Virus record (IMG/VR): IMGVR_UViG_3300023180_000036 | Span: 18,463 to 82,462 of that record | Origin: a virus | DNA: 64,000 nucleotides | Reading direction: 5' to 3' (one strand) | Shown here: positions 9,571-21,800 of the stretch, piece after piece | How the letters are laid out: each line of letters starts with the position of its first letter | Position numbering within the stretch: position 1 is the stretch's first letter | Program-made: the position numbers and the translations under genes | Notes under the pieces: model-generated | Databases searched by the model: none | Seen by the model: only the letters and a program-made list of their open reading frames with translations | What the model was told of the DNA's origin: nothing

Positions 9571-9939
9571 GTGAGTGAAGATAGAGTAGATGATGACTTC
9601 GAATATTCAAGAAGAACTTATTATGATCTAATAGAAAAAGGTCAGGGTGCTCTTGAAGAGATGATGGAAGTCGCTAAGCAACTGGAACATCCCAGAGCAT
9701 TTGAAGTTGTATCTGGGATGATTAAAAATATATCAGACGTAAATGATAGACTTATGGATCTTCATAAGAAAAAGAAAGATTATTTAAAAAAAGACGAACC
9801 TAAACAGGTTGAAGGAACAACCAATAATAATCTTTTTGTTGGTTCTACCGTAGAACTGCAACGTATGCTTCAAGATATGAATAAAAAACAAGATAATGTA
9901 ATTGATATTACGGACAGATTAAGAGATGAATCAGAGTGA
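9571..9939 (+). CDS. gp16: terminase small subunit
   Basis: DDFEYSR, HPRAFEV, NNLFVGSTxELQ; directly upstream of gp17; GTG start. Confidence 0.88.
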   Translation: MSEDRVDDDFEYSRRTYYDLIEKGQGALEEMMEVAKQLEHPRAFEVVSGMIKNISDVNDRLMDLHKKKKDYLKKDEPKQVEGTTNNNLFVGSTVELQRMLQDMNKKQDNVIDITDRLRDESE

Positions 9940-11518
9940 AAGTTACCTCGGTAACCCAAACGTAAAACGTGATGGTATTGTTCAGCAGTGGACTCAAGAA
10001 CAGATAAATGAGTATGTAAAGTGTTCTCAAGATTCTTCATACTTTGCAAAAAATTACTGTAAAATTATATCGCTTGATAAAGGATTAGTGCCTTTTATTT
10101 TATATCCATATCAAGAGAAAATGTTTAAACATTTTAATGATAATAGATTTTCAATAGTTCTTGCTTGTCGGCAATCGGGTAAATCTATTTCTTCTGTTGC
10201 TTATTTGCTTTGGTTTGCATTATTTCATCCCGAAAAAACTATTGCAATTATGGCAAATAAAGGTGCTACTGCAAGAGAAATGCTTAGTAGAATTACTCTT
10301 ATGCTTGAAAACTTACCGTTCTTTTTACAACCTGGATGTAAAGCACTTAATAAAGGATCTATAGAATTTAGTAATAATTCAAGAATAGTTGCAGCTGCTA
10401 CATCTGGTTCTTCTATTCGTGGTATGTCTGTTAATCTTTTATATCTTGATGAATTTGCTTTTGTGGAACGAGCAAATGAATTTTATACTTCAACATATCC
10501 TGTTGTTTCATCTGGTAAAGATACAAAAGTAATTATTACCTCCACTGCTAATGGTATTGGTAATGTATTTCATAAGATATGGGAAGGTGCTACTCAAGGA
10601 GTTAATGAATATAAATCATTTAGAGTAGATTGGTGGGATGTTCCTGGAAGAGATAAAGAATGGGCAAAGCAAACTATTGCTAATACCTCTCAGTTACAGT
10701 TTGATCAAGAATTTGGAAATACATTCTTCGGCACAGGAGATACTCTTATTGGTGCTGAAACTTTATTATCTTTAAGAAGAAAAGATCCTATCCAAATAAC
10801 AAAGGAAGGTGTTAAAATATATGAAAAACCTGTAAAAGGTCATCAATACATTATGACTGTAGATGTTGCAAAGGGTAGAGGTCAAGATTATTCGACTTTT
10901 AATTTACTCGATGTGACGGCTAATCCATTTAAACAGGTTGCAGTCTATCGCAACAATACTATTTCTCCATTACTCTACCCAAATATTATTTATAAATTTG
11001 CAACCTCTTATAATGAAGCTATGGTGGTAATTGAATCAAATGATGCAGGACAAGTTGTCTGTAATGGTCTATACCACGAATTAGAATATGAAAATATGTT
11101 TGTTGAGTCAACCGTAAAAGCTAATTCTCTTGGATTACTTATGACTAGAAAAGTTAAACGTATTGGTTGTTCTTCTTTTAAAGATTTGTTGGAAAACCAA
11201 AAAATAGAAATAGTCGATGAAAATACTATACTTGAAATATCTACATTTGTTGCAAAAGGTCAGTCATATGAAGCATCTCAAGGTAATCACGATGATTTAG
11301 TAATGAATTTTATTATGTTTAGTTATTTTAGCGGAACAATATTTTTTAATGAAATAACAGATATTAACATTAAAAAAATGATGTTTGAAGAAAGAATGAA
11401 AGAAATTGAAGATGATATATTACCATTTGGATTTATAGATGATGGATTAGATCAGCAACCACAATATGATCCAGAAAGAGAAGGATGGGCTGTTGAGTAT
11501 AGTCATGAAAACTTCTAA
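9926..11518 (+). CDS. gp17: terminase large subunit
   Basis: RQSGKS Walker A, YLDEFAF Walker B, TVDVAKG and HDDLVM nuclease motifs. Confidence 0.95.
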   Translation: MNQSESYLGNPNVKRDGIVQQWTQEQINEYVKCSQDSSYFAKNYCKIISLDKGLVPFILYPYQEKMFKHFNDNRFSIVLACRQSGKSISSVAYLLWFALFHPEKTIAIMANKGATAREMLSRITLMLENLPFFLQPGCKALNKGSIEFSNNSRIVAAATSGSSIRGMSVNLLYLDEFAFVERANEFYTSTYPVVSSGKDTKVIITSTANGIGNVFHKIWEGATQGVNEYKSFRVDWWDVPGRDKEWAKQTIANTSQLQFDQEFGNTFFGTGDTLIGAETLLSLRRKDPIQITKEGVKIYEKPVKGHQYIMTVDVAKGRGQDYSTFNLLDVTANPFKQVAVYRNNTISPLLYPNIIYKFATSYNEAMVVIESNDAGQVVCNGLYHELEYENMFVESTVKANSLGLLMTRKVKRIGCSSFKDLLENQKIEIVDENTILEISTFVAKGQSYEASQGNHDDLVMNFIMFSYFSGTIFFNEITDINIKKMMFEERMKEIEDDILPFGFIDDGLDQQPQYDPEREGWAVEYSHENF

Positions 11519-11529
11519 ACTCATTTTTA

Positions 11530-11537
11530 TATAAATA
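11530..11537 (+). promoter_or_regulatory. T4-type late promoter
   Basis: Intergenic TATAAATA before gp18. Confidence 0.85.
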
Positions 11538-11605
11538 CTATTAATTGAAAAAAAACGTATTATGGAATAGCTTATAATTTACCAAAATGGAAAAAGGAAA
11601 GAGAC

Positions 11606-13660
11606 ATGGCTTTATATACAGCATCAGAGTCTCCGGCAATTATTACTCGTGAAGTTGACCTAACTAACGGAGTCCCAAACGTACCTACATCAACCGGGGT
11701 ATTAGTAGGAGATTTTCGCTGGGGTCCTGTAAATCAGCCGGTACTCGTTAACAACGAAGCAACTCTTGCAAGTAAATTTGGAAATCCTGATCAAGACGAA
11801 GATAGAGCAGTAGATTTCCTTAGTGCATCGAGTTACTTACAATATTCAGATGATCTTTATGTCATTAGAGCAATCACAAAATCTACAGCTACTGGCGGAG
11901 CACAAATTCCAGCAGTACTTACTGCAACAACCGCAAATGGTATTATTACTGCAGTTTCTGTAGCACCAAATGGCGGTTATACTTCTGAACCAACAGTTAC
12001 AATTTCAGCACCAGATTCTGGCGAAACTCCAGTATTTACTGTAGTTTATGACGCAGTAAATGATGAAATTGATTCAATTACTGTACTTAATGATTCAGAC
12101 GGTCAAGGTAATATTACCTATAGATACGATACTCCACCAGTATTTACAATTACTGGAGGCGGAAGAGAAACGGTTGCAATTAATGCATATGATGCCACAA
12201 ACACACCAGAAACATTACCTGTTGTAGAAAATCGTGATGGTTGGGATGCAGACAAATCAGGTCATGCAAACAACAATCATCTTACCATTGCTAAATGGCC
12301 TGGTGAACTAGGAAACTCATTAAAAGTTTGCTATTGTGGTGCTAATGATTCAGATTTCACTAACTGGACTTATACTGCAAGCGCTGGTCAAACAATTAAT
12401 TTAAGTTCATATTTTACTGGAGCTCCAGGAACATCACAATTTGCAGCCGATAGAGGTGCTTCAAATGATGAAGTTCATGTTGTTGTAATTGATGAAGATG
12501 GTGAATTTACTGGCGTTCCCAATAGAGTACTTGAAGTTTTCCCATTCTTATCTCTTGCATCAAATGCAAAAACAGAACAGGGTACGGTAAATTATGCACC
12601 TGATGTTGTTGCTAAAAGTTCAAGTTATATTTGGATTGCTAAAATGCCAGCAGCATTTGGTTCAAATGCAGGTACTGCAACAACTAATGGTAAAAATTAT
12701 GCAGGGCCCGGAGTTTTAACACATTCTACAAGTCTTGTAAATGGTTCAAATTCGGGAAGTATAAGTTCTGCTGAATATGCAACAGCATTTGCAACAGTAA
12801 ATGATCCAAATAATATATCTGTAGATTTCTTAATTGCTCCAGGTATGGGTAGTGCATCAGAACAACAAACTGTAGTAAACAATATGGTATCTATTGCAGA
12901 AAACGATAGAAAAGACTGTGTAGTTGTTACGTCTCCAAACAGAGCTGCAATAATAGGAAGTGCTAATCCTAGAACAGATATTATTGCTGCACAATCTAGT
13001 AATGTATTTACTCGTAGTTCATATCTATTTGCAGATTCAAATTATCTTAAGGTATATGATAAATTTAATGATAGATATATCTTCATACCTGCTGCAGCTT
13101 CAACTGCTGGTATTATGGCAGCTTCAGATAATGATACAGCACCTTGGTTTTCACCCGCTGGAACAAGAAGAGGAAGATACTTTGGTGTAACATCTCTGGC
13201 ATATAACCCAGATAAATCTGATAGAGATGAACTATATAAAGCTGGATTTAATCCAATTGCAAATATTCCAGGGCAAGGAATTACTTTATATGGTGATAAA
13301 ACTCATCTATCAAGACCTTCTGCATTTGATAGAATTAATGTTCGTAGATTGTTCCTTACTCTCGAAAGAGCAATATCTTCGGCCGCTCAAAATATTCTCT
13401 TTGAATTCAATGATGAATTTACAAGAGCTGAGTTTGTAAATATTGTAGAACCAGTTCTTAGAAATATTCAGGGCAGAAGAGGTATTACTGATTTTAAACT
13501 TGTGTGTGATGAAACTAATAATACACCAGAAATAGTTGACACAAATCAGTTCATAGCAAATATCTTCATTAAACCCGCAAGATCGATCAACTTCATTACT
13601 CTTAATTTTGTAGCGGTAAGATCTGGCGTTTCTTTTGAAGAAGTCGTCGGCGCAGTATAA
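11606..13660 (+). CDS. gp18: contractile tail sheath protein
   Basis: SPAIITREVDLT, FRWGP, WFSPAG, FDRINVRRLF, IKPARSINFI. Confidence 0.95.
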   Translation: MALYTASESPAIITREVDLTNGVPNVPTSTGVLVGDFRWGPVNQPVLVNNEATLASKFGNPDQDEDRAVDFLSASSYLQYSDDLYVIRAITKSTATGGAQIPAVLTATTANGIITAVSVAPNGGYTSEPTVTISAPDSGETPVFTVVYDAVNDEIDSITVLNDSDGQGNITYRYDTPPVFTITGGGRETVAINAYDATNTPETLPVVENRDGWDADKSGHANNNHLTIAKWPGELGNSLKVCYCGANDSDFTNWTYTASAGQTINLSSYFTGAPGTSQFAADRGASNDEVHVVVIDEDGEFTGVPNRVLEVFPFLSLASNAKTEQGTVNYAPDVVAKSSSYIWIAKMPAAFGSNAGTATTNGKNYAGPGVLTHSTSLVNGSNSGSISSAEYATAFATVNDPNNISVDFLIAPGMGSASEQQTVVNNMVSIAENDRKDCVVVTSPNRAAIIGSANPRTDIIAAQSSNVFTRSSYLFADSNYLKVYDKFNDRYIFIPAAASTAGIMAASDNDTAPWFSPAGTRRGRYFGVTSLAYNPDKSDRDELYKAGFNPIANIPGQGITLYGDKTHLSRPSAFDRINVRRLFLTLERAISSAAQNILFEFNDEFTRAEFVNIVEPVLRNIQGRRGITDFKLVCDETNNTPEIVDTNQFIANIFIKPARSINFITLNFVAVRSGVSFEEVVGAV

Positions 13661-13675
13661 TAGGGGTATATAAAA

Positions 13676-14221
13676 ATGGCAATTTTAGGCGTAAATGATT
13701 TTAAATCAAAACTTAGAGGTGGAGGCGCACGCCCAAATCTCTTTCAAGTAATATTAACTTTCCCGGCTTATGTTACCGGGGACGTTGAACTTGCATCATT
13801 CTTAATTAAAGCTGCTCAGATGCCGGCTTCAACTATGGGAACAATTCCAGTACCATATAGAGGGCGTCAATTGCAGATAGCTGGAGATAGAGTATTTGAG
13901 CCATGGACAGTTACTGTTATTAACGACACTGATTTTAAAATTAGACAGTCAATGGAACAGTGGATGAATGGTATAAATGCACATCAAGCAAATACTGGTC
14001 TTACTAATCCAGCAGATTATCAAGTTGATGCTGCAGTACAGCAGTTGGATAAAGATGCTTCTGTTCTATATGAATACAGATTTAGAGGTATTTTCCCAAC
14101 GGCAATTTCTTCAATTGATCTATCTTATGAAAATGTAGATACTATTGAAGAATTTGGTGTGGAGTTCCAACTTCAATATTGGGAGAGTATTACTCCTGAT
14201 GGGTCTACAGTAACTACTTAA
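13676..14221 (+). CDS. gp19: tail tube protein
   Basis: GGARPNLF, GDRVFEPWTVTVIND. Confidence 0.95.
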   Translation: MAILGVNDFKSKLRGGGARPNLFQVILTFPAYVTGDVELASFLIKAAQMPASTMGTIPVPYRGRQLQIAGDRVFEPWTVTVINDTDFKIRQSMEQWMNGINAHQANTGLTNPADYQVDAAVQQLDKDASVLYEYRFRGIFPTAISSIDLSYENVDTIEEFGVEFQLQYWESITPDGSTVTT

Positions 14222-14241
14222 AAGTTGAATAAATATAATTT

Positions 14242-14269
14242 GGTTAGGGGAAAAATTCCCCTAACCTTT
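14242..14269 (+). terminator. stem-loop between gp19 and gp20 (terminator or processing site)
   Basis: GGTTAGGGGAA...TTCCCCTAACC inverted repeat then TTT. Confidence 0.6.
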
Positions 14270-14288
14270 ATATAGTTAAAGGATAGTT

Positions 14289-15806
14289 ATGGCAGATAAT
14301 TCAATTAAGCTTTTTGGATTTGAAATCAAAAGGGCTAACTCATCTGAAAAAGCACAGCAGAAAATTAAATCGGTTGTTCCTCAAACCGATGATGATGGTG
14401 CTGGTTATATTACTGCTTCCGGTAGTCATTTTGGTCAATATTTAGATATAGACGGAAGTTCTGCAAAAGATAATTATCAGATGATAAGAAAATATCGTGG
14501 TGTTGCAGTACATCCAGAAGTAGATAATGCTATTGAAGATATTGTTAATGAAGCGATTGTTGGTGATGAAGATATAGAACCTATTAGTCTTACACTTGAA
14601 GATGTTGAATTTCCAGAAAATGTTAAAAAACAAATACAAGAAGAATTTGAAAATATTCTTGGTATGTTAAATTTTTCAGAAAACGGACACGATATATTTA
14701 GAAGATGGTATATTGATGGTAGATTATATCATCATTTAGTAGTTGATGAAAAAAATGAAAAAGCTGGAATACAGGACATTAGATTTATAGACGCTTTAAA
14801 AATTCGTAAAATGAAAGAGGTAAAAAAGAAAAAAGACCCTCTTACAAATGCGGATATTATAGAAAGTGTAAAAGAGTATTATGTTTATCAAGAAAGACCA
14901 GGTCAAGAAAGACAAGCAGTAAAGTTTACTCTTGATTCTATCAGTTATGTAACATCAGGACTATTAGATGAAACTCGTAAAAAAGTAGTATCTCATTTAC
15001 ATAAATGTATTAAACCAATTAATCAGTTAAGAATGATGGAAGACTCGCTTGTCATTTATAGACTTGCTAGAGCACCAGAACGTAGAATTTTTTATATTGA
15101 TGTAGGTAACTTACCAAAAGGTAAAGCTGAAGAATACATGAAAAATATTATGACCAAATATCGTAATAAATTAGTATATGACGCTCAAAATGGAGAACTA
15201 AGAGATGACCGTAAACATATGTCTATGTTGGAAGATTTTTGGTTACCTCGTAGAGAAGGTGGTAGAGGTACTGAAATCTCTACTTTACCAGGAGGAGAAA
15301 ATCTTGGTCAGATAGATGACATAGTTTATTTCCAAAAACGTGTTTATCGTGCATTAAACGTTCCTATTAATAGATTAGAACAGGAAGCACAATTTTCTCT
15401 CGGACGTTCAACAGAAATATCAAGAGACGAAGTTAAATTTCAAAAATTTATTGATAGACTTCGTAAAAAATTTAGTCACTTATTCTTAGGAATCTTAAAA
15501 AAACAGCTTATTTTAAAAAAGATCATTACCGACTCTGATTGGGATAATCACAAAATACATTTTAAAATTGATTATGCAAGAGATAATTATTTTGCAGAAT
15601 CTAAAGAAAGTGAAATATTAAAAGATCGAATTCAAACTCTTGATATGATGCAACAGTATGTTGGAGAATATTATACTAAAGATTGGGTTATGAGAAATGT
15701 TCTAAAGTTTACCGAAGAAGAAATGAAAGAAATGGAACAAGACGTAGATGATGAAAATCAAGAAAAAGCAGATGAGATAGATAATATTGAATCTGATAAC
15801 ACATAG
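14289..15806 (+). CDS. gp20: portal vertex protein
   Basis: IYRLARAPERRIFYIDVGNLPK, EDFWLPRREGGRGTEISTLPGG. Confidence 0.96.
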   Translation: MADNSIKLFGFEIKRANSSEKAQQKIKSVVPQTDDDGAGYITASGSHFGQYLDIDGSSAKDNYQMIRKYRGVAVHPEVDNAIEDIVNEAIVGDEDIEPISLTLEDVEFPENVKKQIQEEFENILGMLNFSENGHDIFRRWYIDGRLYHHLVVDEKNEKAGIQDIRFIDALKIRKMKEVKKKKDPLTNADIIESVKEYYVYQERPGQERQAVKFTLDSISYVTSGLLDETRKKVVSHLHKCIKPINQLRMMEDSLVIYRLARAPERRIFYIDVGNLPKGKAEEYMKNIMTKYRNKLVYDAQNGELRDDRKHMSMLEDFWLPRREGGRGTEISTLPGGENLGQIDDIVYFQKRVYRALNVPINRLEQEAQFSLGRSTEISRDEVKFQKFIDRLRKKFSHLFLGILKKQLILKKIITDSDWDNHKIHFKIDYARDNYFAESKESEILKDRIQTLDMMQQYVGEYYTKDWVMRNVLKFTEEEMKEMEQDVDDENQEKADEIDNIESDNT

Positions 15807-15823
15807 CTCAAAGTTTTTAGATA

Positions 15824-18800
15824 ATGTATGATTTAATAACCTATACAACAAATAAAGGGCAAAGTGGAACACTAGATCCGTCTAGTTCGCCAAGTATTAT
15901 AACAAGAACGATTGATTTTGATACAGTCTGGATTGATCTTTCTGTAGATTTAGAACAATCACCAAATCCAGAATATATTCGTGGTTGGTTTTTTGAACTT
16001 AATGAATTACCTGGATATAGTTTTTATCCAAATTCATCTGCAATTCAAACTGGATTAAATCCTCCAGAAAAAAGAATATTTACATCAAATCAGAAAATTA
16101 GATTATACATAGATTTAAATACTATGTTACAACTTGATGGTTTAAGACCTCATGACTTTGTTTTATCTACAGTTGTTGCAACATCAGAAGAAAATTTAAA
16201 AAGAGGAAATTGGATAGAAACTAATCGTTCCGATTTATTTTTTACCATATATGCAAATGGTAATCCTCCTGTGGAATTTTTGGATGTATTACCAGAAACT
16301 TTATTTGAATCAGATTTCGGAGAACCAACAAGAAGTCTTACTATAGACTCTGCCTATATTAATGGGATGAGGGTTGACTCTGCACATATTAGACACTTAG
16401 CATATGTAAATCTCTTAGAAGGCGATTCTGCTTATTTTACTAATGTTACAACTAATAAAATATTAACAGATTTGTTATCTGCAAATATTAATAGTGATAT
16501 ATCTATTTTATCTAATCTTAATATAGATTCTAATAAAATAATAGGTATAGGATCAGAAAATAGTGGTAATGTATTAGATTTAGACTATGATGAACCAACA
16601 GATAGAAATAATAGTATAGCTCTAACTTCAGTTCAATCTATTCATAATTTTTTAGATGTGAATAATAGTGAAGATAGTAATTATTGGGCTTTATATAATA
16701 ATTTAAATGCATATAGTGATTCAATTAATAGAAATAATGCAATATTTTTAATTGATGAAGATGGTACTGTTACAGCAAAAGCTATAAATGTAAATCAGTA
16801 TATTTTAGACAGTGATGGATTAAAATGGTCTAATGATAGTAATGCAAGAATATATTATGATAGTAATTTAAAATTATGGAAAATAGAACCTGGTTTATTT
16901 GAGATAGTAGATTCAGAACAAATTATTGAAAATAATCCTCTTTTATCTATTATATCAACTGGGAGAGACGGTCAGTTTTTATCTTTTGCAGAATCAGCAG
17001 AATCTTATTATTTAGATTATGCATTAAAAACCGGAAGATTTATAATAGATGAACAAACTTTGGCAGAGGAAAAAGATTATATTCCTGATACAGAATTAGA
17101 GTCTATGGATTCTAATGCTAAGTACATATATTATGATCGGTTTAGTAGATTTTCGCATCTTTATGATCAAGGAGTTACATTTCCACTTACTGATTCTGAT
17201 GCTCAACTTTTAGATTCTGATGCTCAAGTTTTAAGATATGATGAAACAACAAATTCAATATATGGCGATTTTGCTACAACGGCTTTTTCTGGAATTATAT
17301 CTCCTAAAAGATATGATACTTATAGAGTAAAAGCAACGTTTAATTCAACCACACCTACTGATTTTCCTATATTTTTAGTAGTTGCTCAATTAAAAATACG
17401 GGGAAAAGAATATACAATTAGTGCGTTCAGAAGACCTAAAGGAACTTTACAAACTTATGGAGATTATTTAGAAACTGGACAAATAATTACAGAACCTCCT
17501 TCATGGGGTTTAGTTTATAATTTTGGTCAAAAAGATGCATACTATTTTGATTTTGATTGGGTATCAAGAGGATCTGCACCGGCACCTGTTACACCAAATT
17601 TTGAAGGTGAAAGTACAAGCGATTGGGTTTCTTCTGGTCAGACAACTGTTTTTGCAGAAAAGGTTGGAAATGTAATAAGTGTTGTAACAAATCAGTTTGG
17701 TGATACTAATATTGAAAATTTTGAATTTAGAACTGGAATTGAATTAGATATTGAAAAAGCAATTGCTAACGGCAAAACTTTTCTTGCACCATTTTTAAAT
17801 GCAGAAACTTCTTATGGTTTTGGTGTTAAAGGGCAGAGTGGTGTTATTATATCAGATATAGCATTTGAAACAGAAGATCCTGAAAAGTATATATTTGATT
17901 TAAAAAATGATATAGTTTATACTTATATTTCCGAAAGAAATTTAACAGAAGGAAATTATCCTACAGTACCAGTTTTAGTTGAAAATGCGGGCTATTATGC
18001 TTTGGATAGTAGTGTTGGTGTTAGCGATATTATGAAAACAGGAAGATTCTTTTATAATGAAAGAACTAAGACACTATTTTGGAAAGATCCAGATAATACA
18101 TATAAACTTATACAGGAAGTAGATTTAAATAGAGACTTTTTAGGTAAATATATTGAACTAAGAGGCACAGGTTTAAATAATAATTCACCAGCATATCTTT
18201 ATATTAATAATGAACCTGATTATTTTGAATTTGATGAAAATCCAATTTTTTTAAATGGTTACCATGGCCATGGTAGAGGTTTGAATCTCACTATATTTGG
18301 AAATGATGGTACTAAAATTTCTTCTAATACTTATGATACTCATGGCGATTCTGCTAATTCCACATTACTAGCAGATGCTATAAACAATATGTCTAATGGT
18401 CAAATTGGAGCAATAACTTCTTATGACGCTTGGATTTCTAATGTAAATGATAAATTAAAAACTGCAGCATTAAGTCAAGGTTTAATGAAATTTTATAATG
18501 CACCAAAATTTCCAATTAGAAATCCCTATGCAGCAGTATTTCAAAAAACTGGAAGCGAAACTCCTAGATCACATGAAACAACTTCTGGAGATTCATCACT
18601 ATCACCACATGCAGATTTAAGTTTTCATATTACAAGAGGAACTTTCCATACTTATGGTCCAGAACAGCCAAATTCTTTATCGGCTTGGAATGGAAAAAAA
18701 GAAGCATGGATAGATGAAAACCATAATACAAAAATTAATCAAACTCTTATGCTTACAGAAGGTAGACGTAAGGGCATGGCTTTTGAGGAAACTTCTTTTA

Positions 18801-21800
18801 CTTCTACCGGTATTAATGAAGATAGTGCTAGAATATATCTTACTTCAGAAGAAGATTCTCAAAGAACATTAGTTATCAGAGTTGGAGATGATTTAAATGA
18901 TAAGATAGCATTTGAAGTTCCGGATATAGATGGTGTTTTACAGAACGGATTTATTAATTTTCATAGAGGAAATTTACATATAGTATATGATCAAACACCG
19001 CAATTAGGAGGTGATCTTGATGTACAAGACTTTAGAATTTATAAAGATTCATTAGCATTTGAATTATTCGATCTAGGCTATTCTTTAGGTAAAGGCGATA
19101 ATAGTATAGCTACAGCTTCACGTCAAAGCATCTTTAATTTTATAGATAAAAATGATAATGAAACGGATAATTTTTTTGGTATCTTTTCAAATAAAGAACC
19201 ACTAATAGAAGCAACTACTGTTAATGATGCAATATTTGCTGTTATGGAAGACGGTTCCGTTATATTTAATTTTGCTAATGCTGGAACAGGACCAACAGAA
19301 ATAGGCGGATCAACAGGTAGACAGACTGGGCTAACAACAGATGATGTACCAGAAGGACCTTCAGGATTAAATCTTTATTTTGATTCGGCAAGAGTTTTTC
19401 TTGCATTAAAATATGAAAATAATAATGCTAATACTTCATATGATGCTAACGGCGGTGGTATAGGTAATATCACAGTAGATCAAGCAAATAAAACCCTTAA
19501 ATTTGACGGCATTACTAATACTGACGGTTTGCCCGAAGGTTCTACTAATCTTTATTTTACTGATGAAAGAGCACAAGATGCAGTTGGTAGTATTATGTCT
19601 GGAGATGACGATATATCGGTTGTCTACGACGACGGAGCTAATACTATTGCAATAACATCAACACTTACTCAAGAAACAGTATTTGGATTACAGAGTAAGT
19701 ATTCTTTAACTTCTGCAGGCGGTGGTGCATTAGGTCAAGTTAAATTAAACATTGACTCAAACGGAATTCAAAGAAGTGAAATAGTAAATATTAGAGGCAC
19801 AAACGGAATTAATGTAAGTGGAGACTCAAATTATATTACAGTCGATGCTTCAGATTTAGTAAAAAATTATAATATTTTAAGTGATAACTTATCTAATGGT
19901 GCAGAATTAATTTTAAGAGAAACGGATATTAATAATAATGCAACAGATGATCAAGTAGCATTTATAGGAACTGAAGGTATTTCAATATCACAAACTAATG
20001 GTAATAGTATTACAATATCTGGAATTGATCTTCAAGCAGTAAGCAGAATAACAGCCACAGAAAACGGGAATCAAAAATTTATAACTTTAATTGATTCAAG
20101 TCCTGTTGCCGGAGTTACTACAACTAATTTATTAGTTACTGGAGCAAATGGTTTAGAAGTTGATGTAGATAGTAATGGAGCCGGTACAACTACTCTTGAT
20201 TTTAGTGCAGCTGCTTTACAAATTACTTCTACACTTCAAGCTGATAGTTATGAAAAAATTATTTTTACAGAAACTGATGCCGATGGAAACACTTCATCAC
20301 AATTTATAAGATTTGTAGGTGATGGTGGTATGAGTATTACCTCTAGAGGTCCACAAGGGACTGATGATGGACAAATAACTATAAGTGCAGCTAGTATGCA
20401 CCACCCCAATACTACCTACGTAACTAATTTTGCAACACCGATTTTAAATCCTACTAATATAGTCGATTTTAACTTAATACACGAAGGACCCGATAGTGGA
20501 GAAAATACAACACTAAAAATTAAATCTAAGGACGGAATTTTAGTAGAAGAATCGAATGGTGAACTGGTTATTGGTGCAATAGTCCAGATTGAACAAATTA
20601 ATAATGAAACAATATCTTTTGAAACTAATGGAGATAGTGGTATTTCTTTTGGTTCTACAACTTCATTTACTACAAATAGTTCAACATCAGAAACCATACA
20701 AGTTAATCATGGTGCTACAGGTTCTGGCACTACGGTTGCAACAAATAATAGTGGTCAAACAGTTATACAAAATATTACAGTTGATAAATTTGGTCATATA
20801 CAATCTACAAGTAATGCTACAGTAGCAGGTCAATATTTAATGAGTGCAACTGATGCTAATAATGATCCGGTTATTAGATTAGATACTCAAGCTAATGGAC
20901 AAAGTGGTTCTGCAGAAGATGTTATAATTGAAGGGCAGGGTGCGGTAAAAATTTCAGTTGGTACTGGTGGAACAGATAAAATTATAATAAGAGTTGATAG
21001 TAGTGATTTTGCAAATATAGCATTTAATGACTTAACTGATGGTAATTCGACTAACACATCAAATAGTAATACTGGCCATGATGTAACTCTTGGAAATCTT
21101 AATCACGTAGGACATGTTCCTGCATGGGACGGGACAAACTTTACAACGCGTAAACTAGCTTTCAACGGTCACGATATTACAGATCTGGATGTAGGTGGTG
21201 TGGCTTTTGAAGAAGTTTTAGCTTGGGTTGGACCAAATTATCCTGTTGGTGGAGGTCAAAATGCTTGGAGAAATGCAGCTCTAAGCGATTTACTTGATAT
21301 ACCATCCAGTATTGATGATTTAAGTGATGTAGATACAACTACAACAGCACCAACAAATGGTCAAGCACTAGTTTGGGATGGATCGAACTTTGTACCAGGT
21401 GATGTTGCAGCTTCGTTAGCTATGAATGATCTTACAGATGTTAGCACATCAAGCATAACTGATGGTCAAGTTTTGATTTATCAAAGTTCATCTTCTAGCT
21501 TCATTCCGGGTGATGCAGGAAATACTTACACCGCAGGTGATGGATTGGATCTATCTGTAAGCAACGAATTTAGTTTAGATATTAAAGCAAACATGGGTTT
21601 GGTTATTGATAATACAGAGTTATCAATTGACACTACTGTTAAAACCGATAATATACAAGCTCAAACAGCAAGTTCTTCAGTTACATTATCAAACTCTGGT
21701 GGAAATACTAAGTTAGAAATTACAAATGATGGTGGCTTAAATTTAAACGGAACCCTTGCTAATACATTTACGGTAAGTGCAGCAGGTGCTGTTGTTGCAG

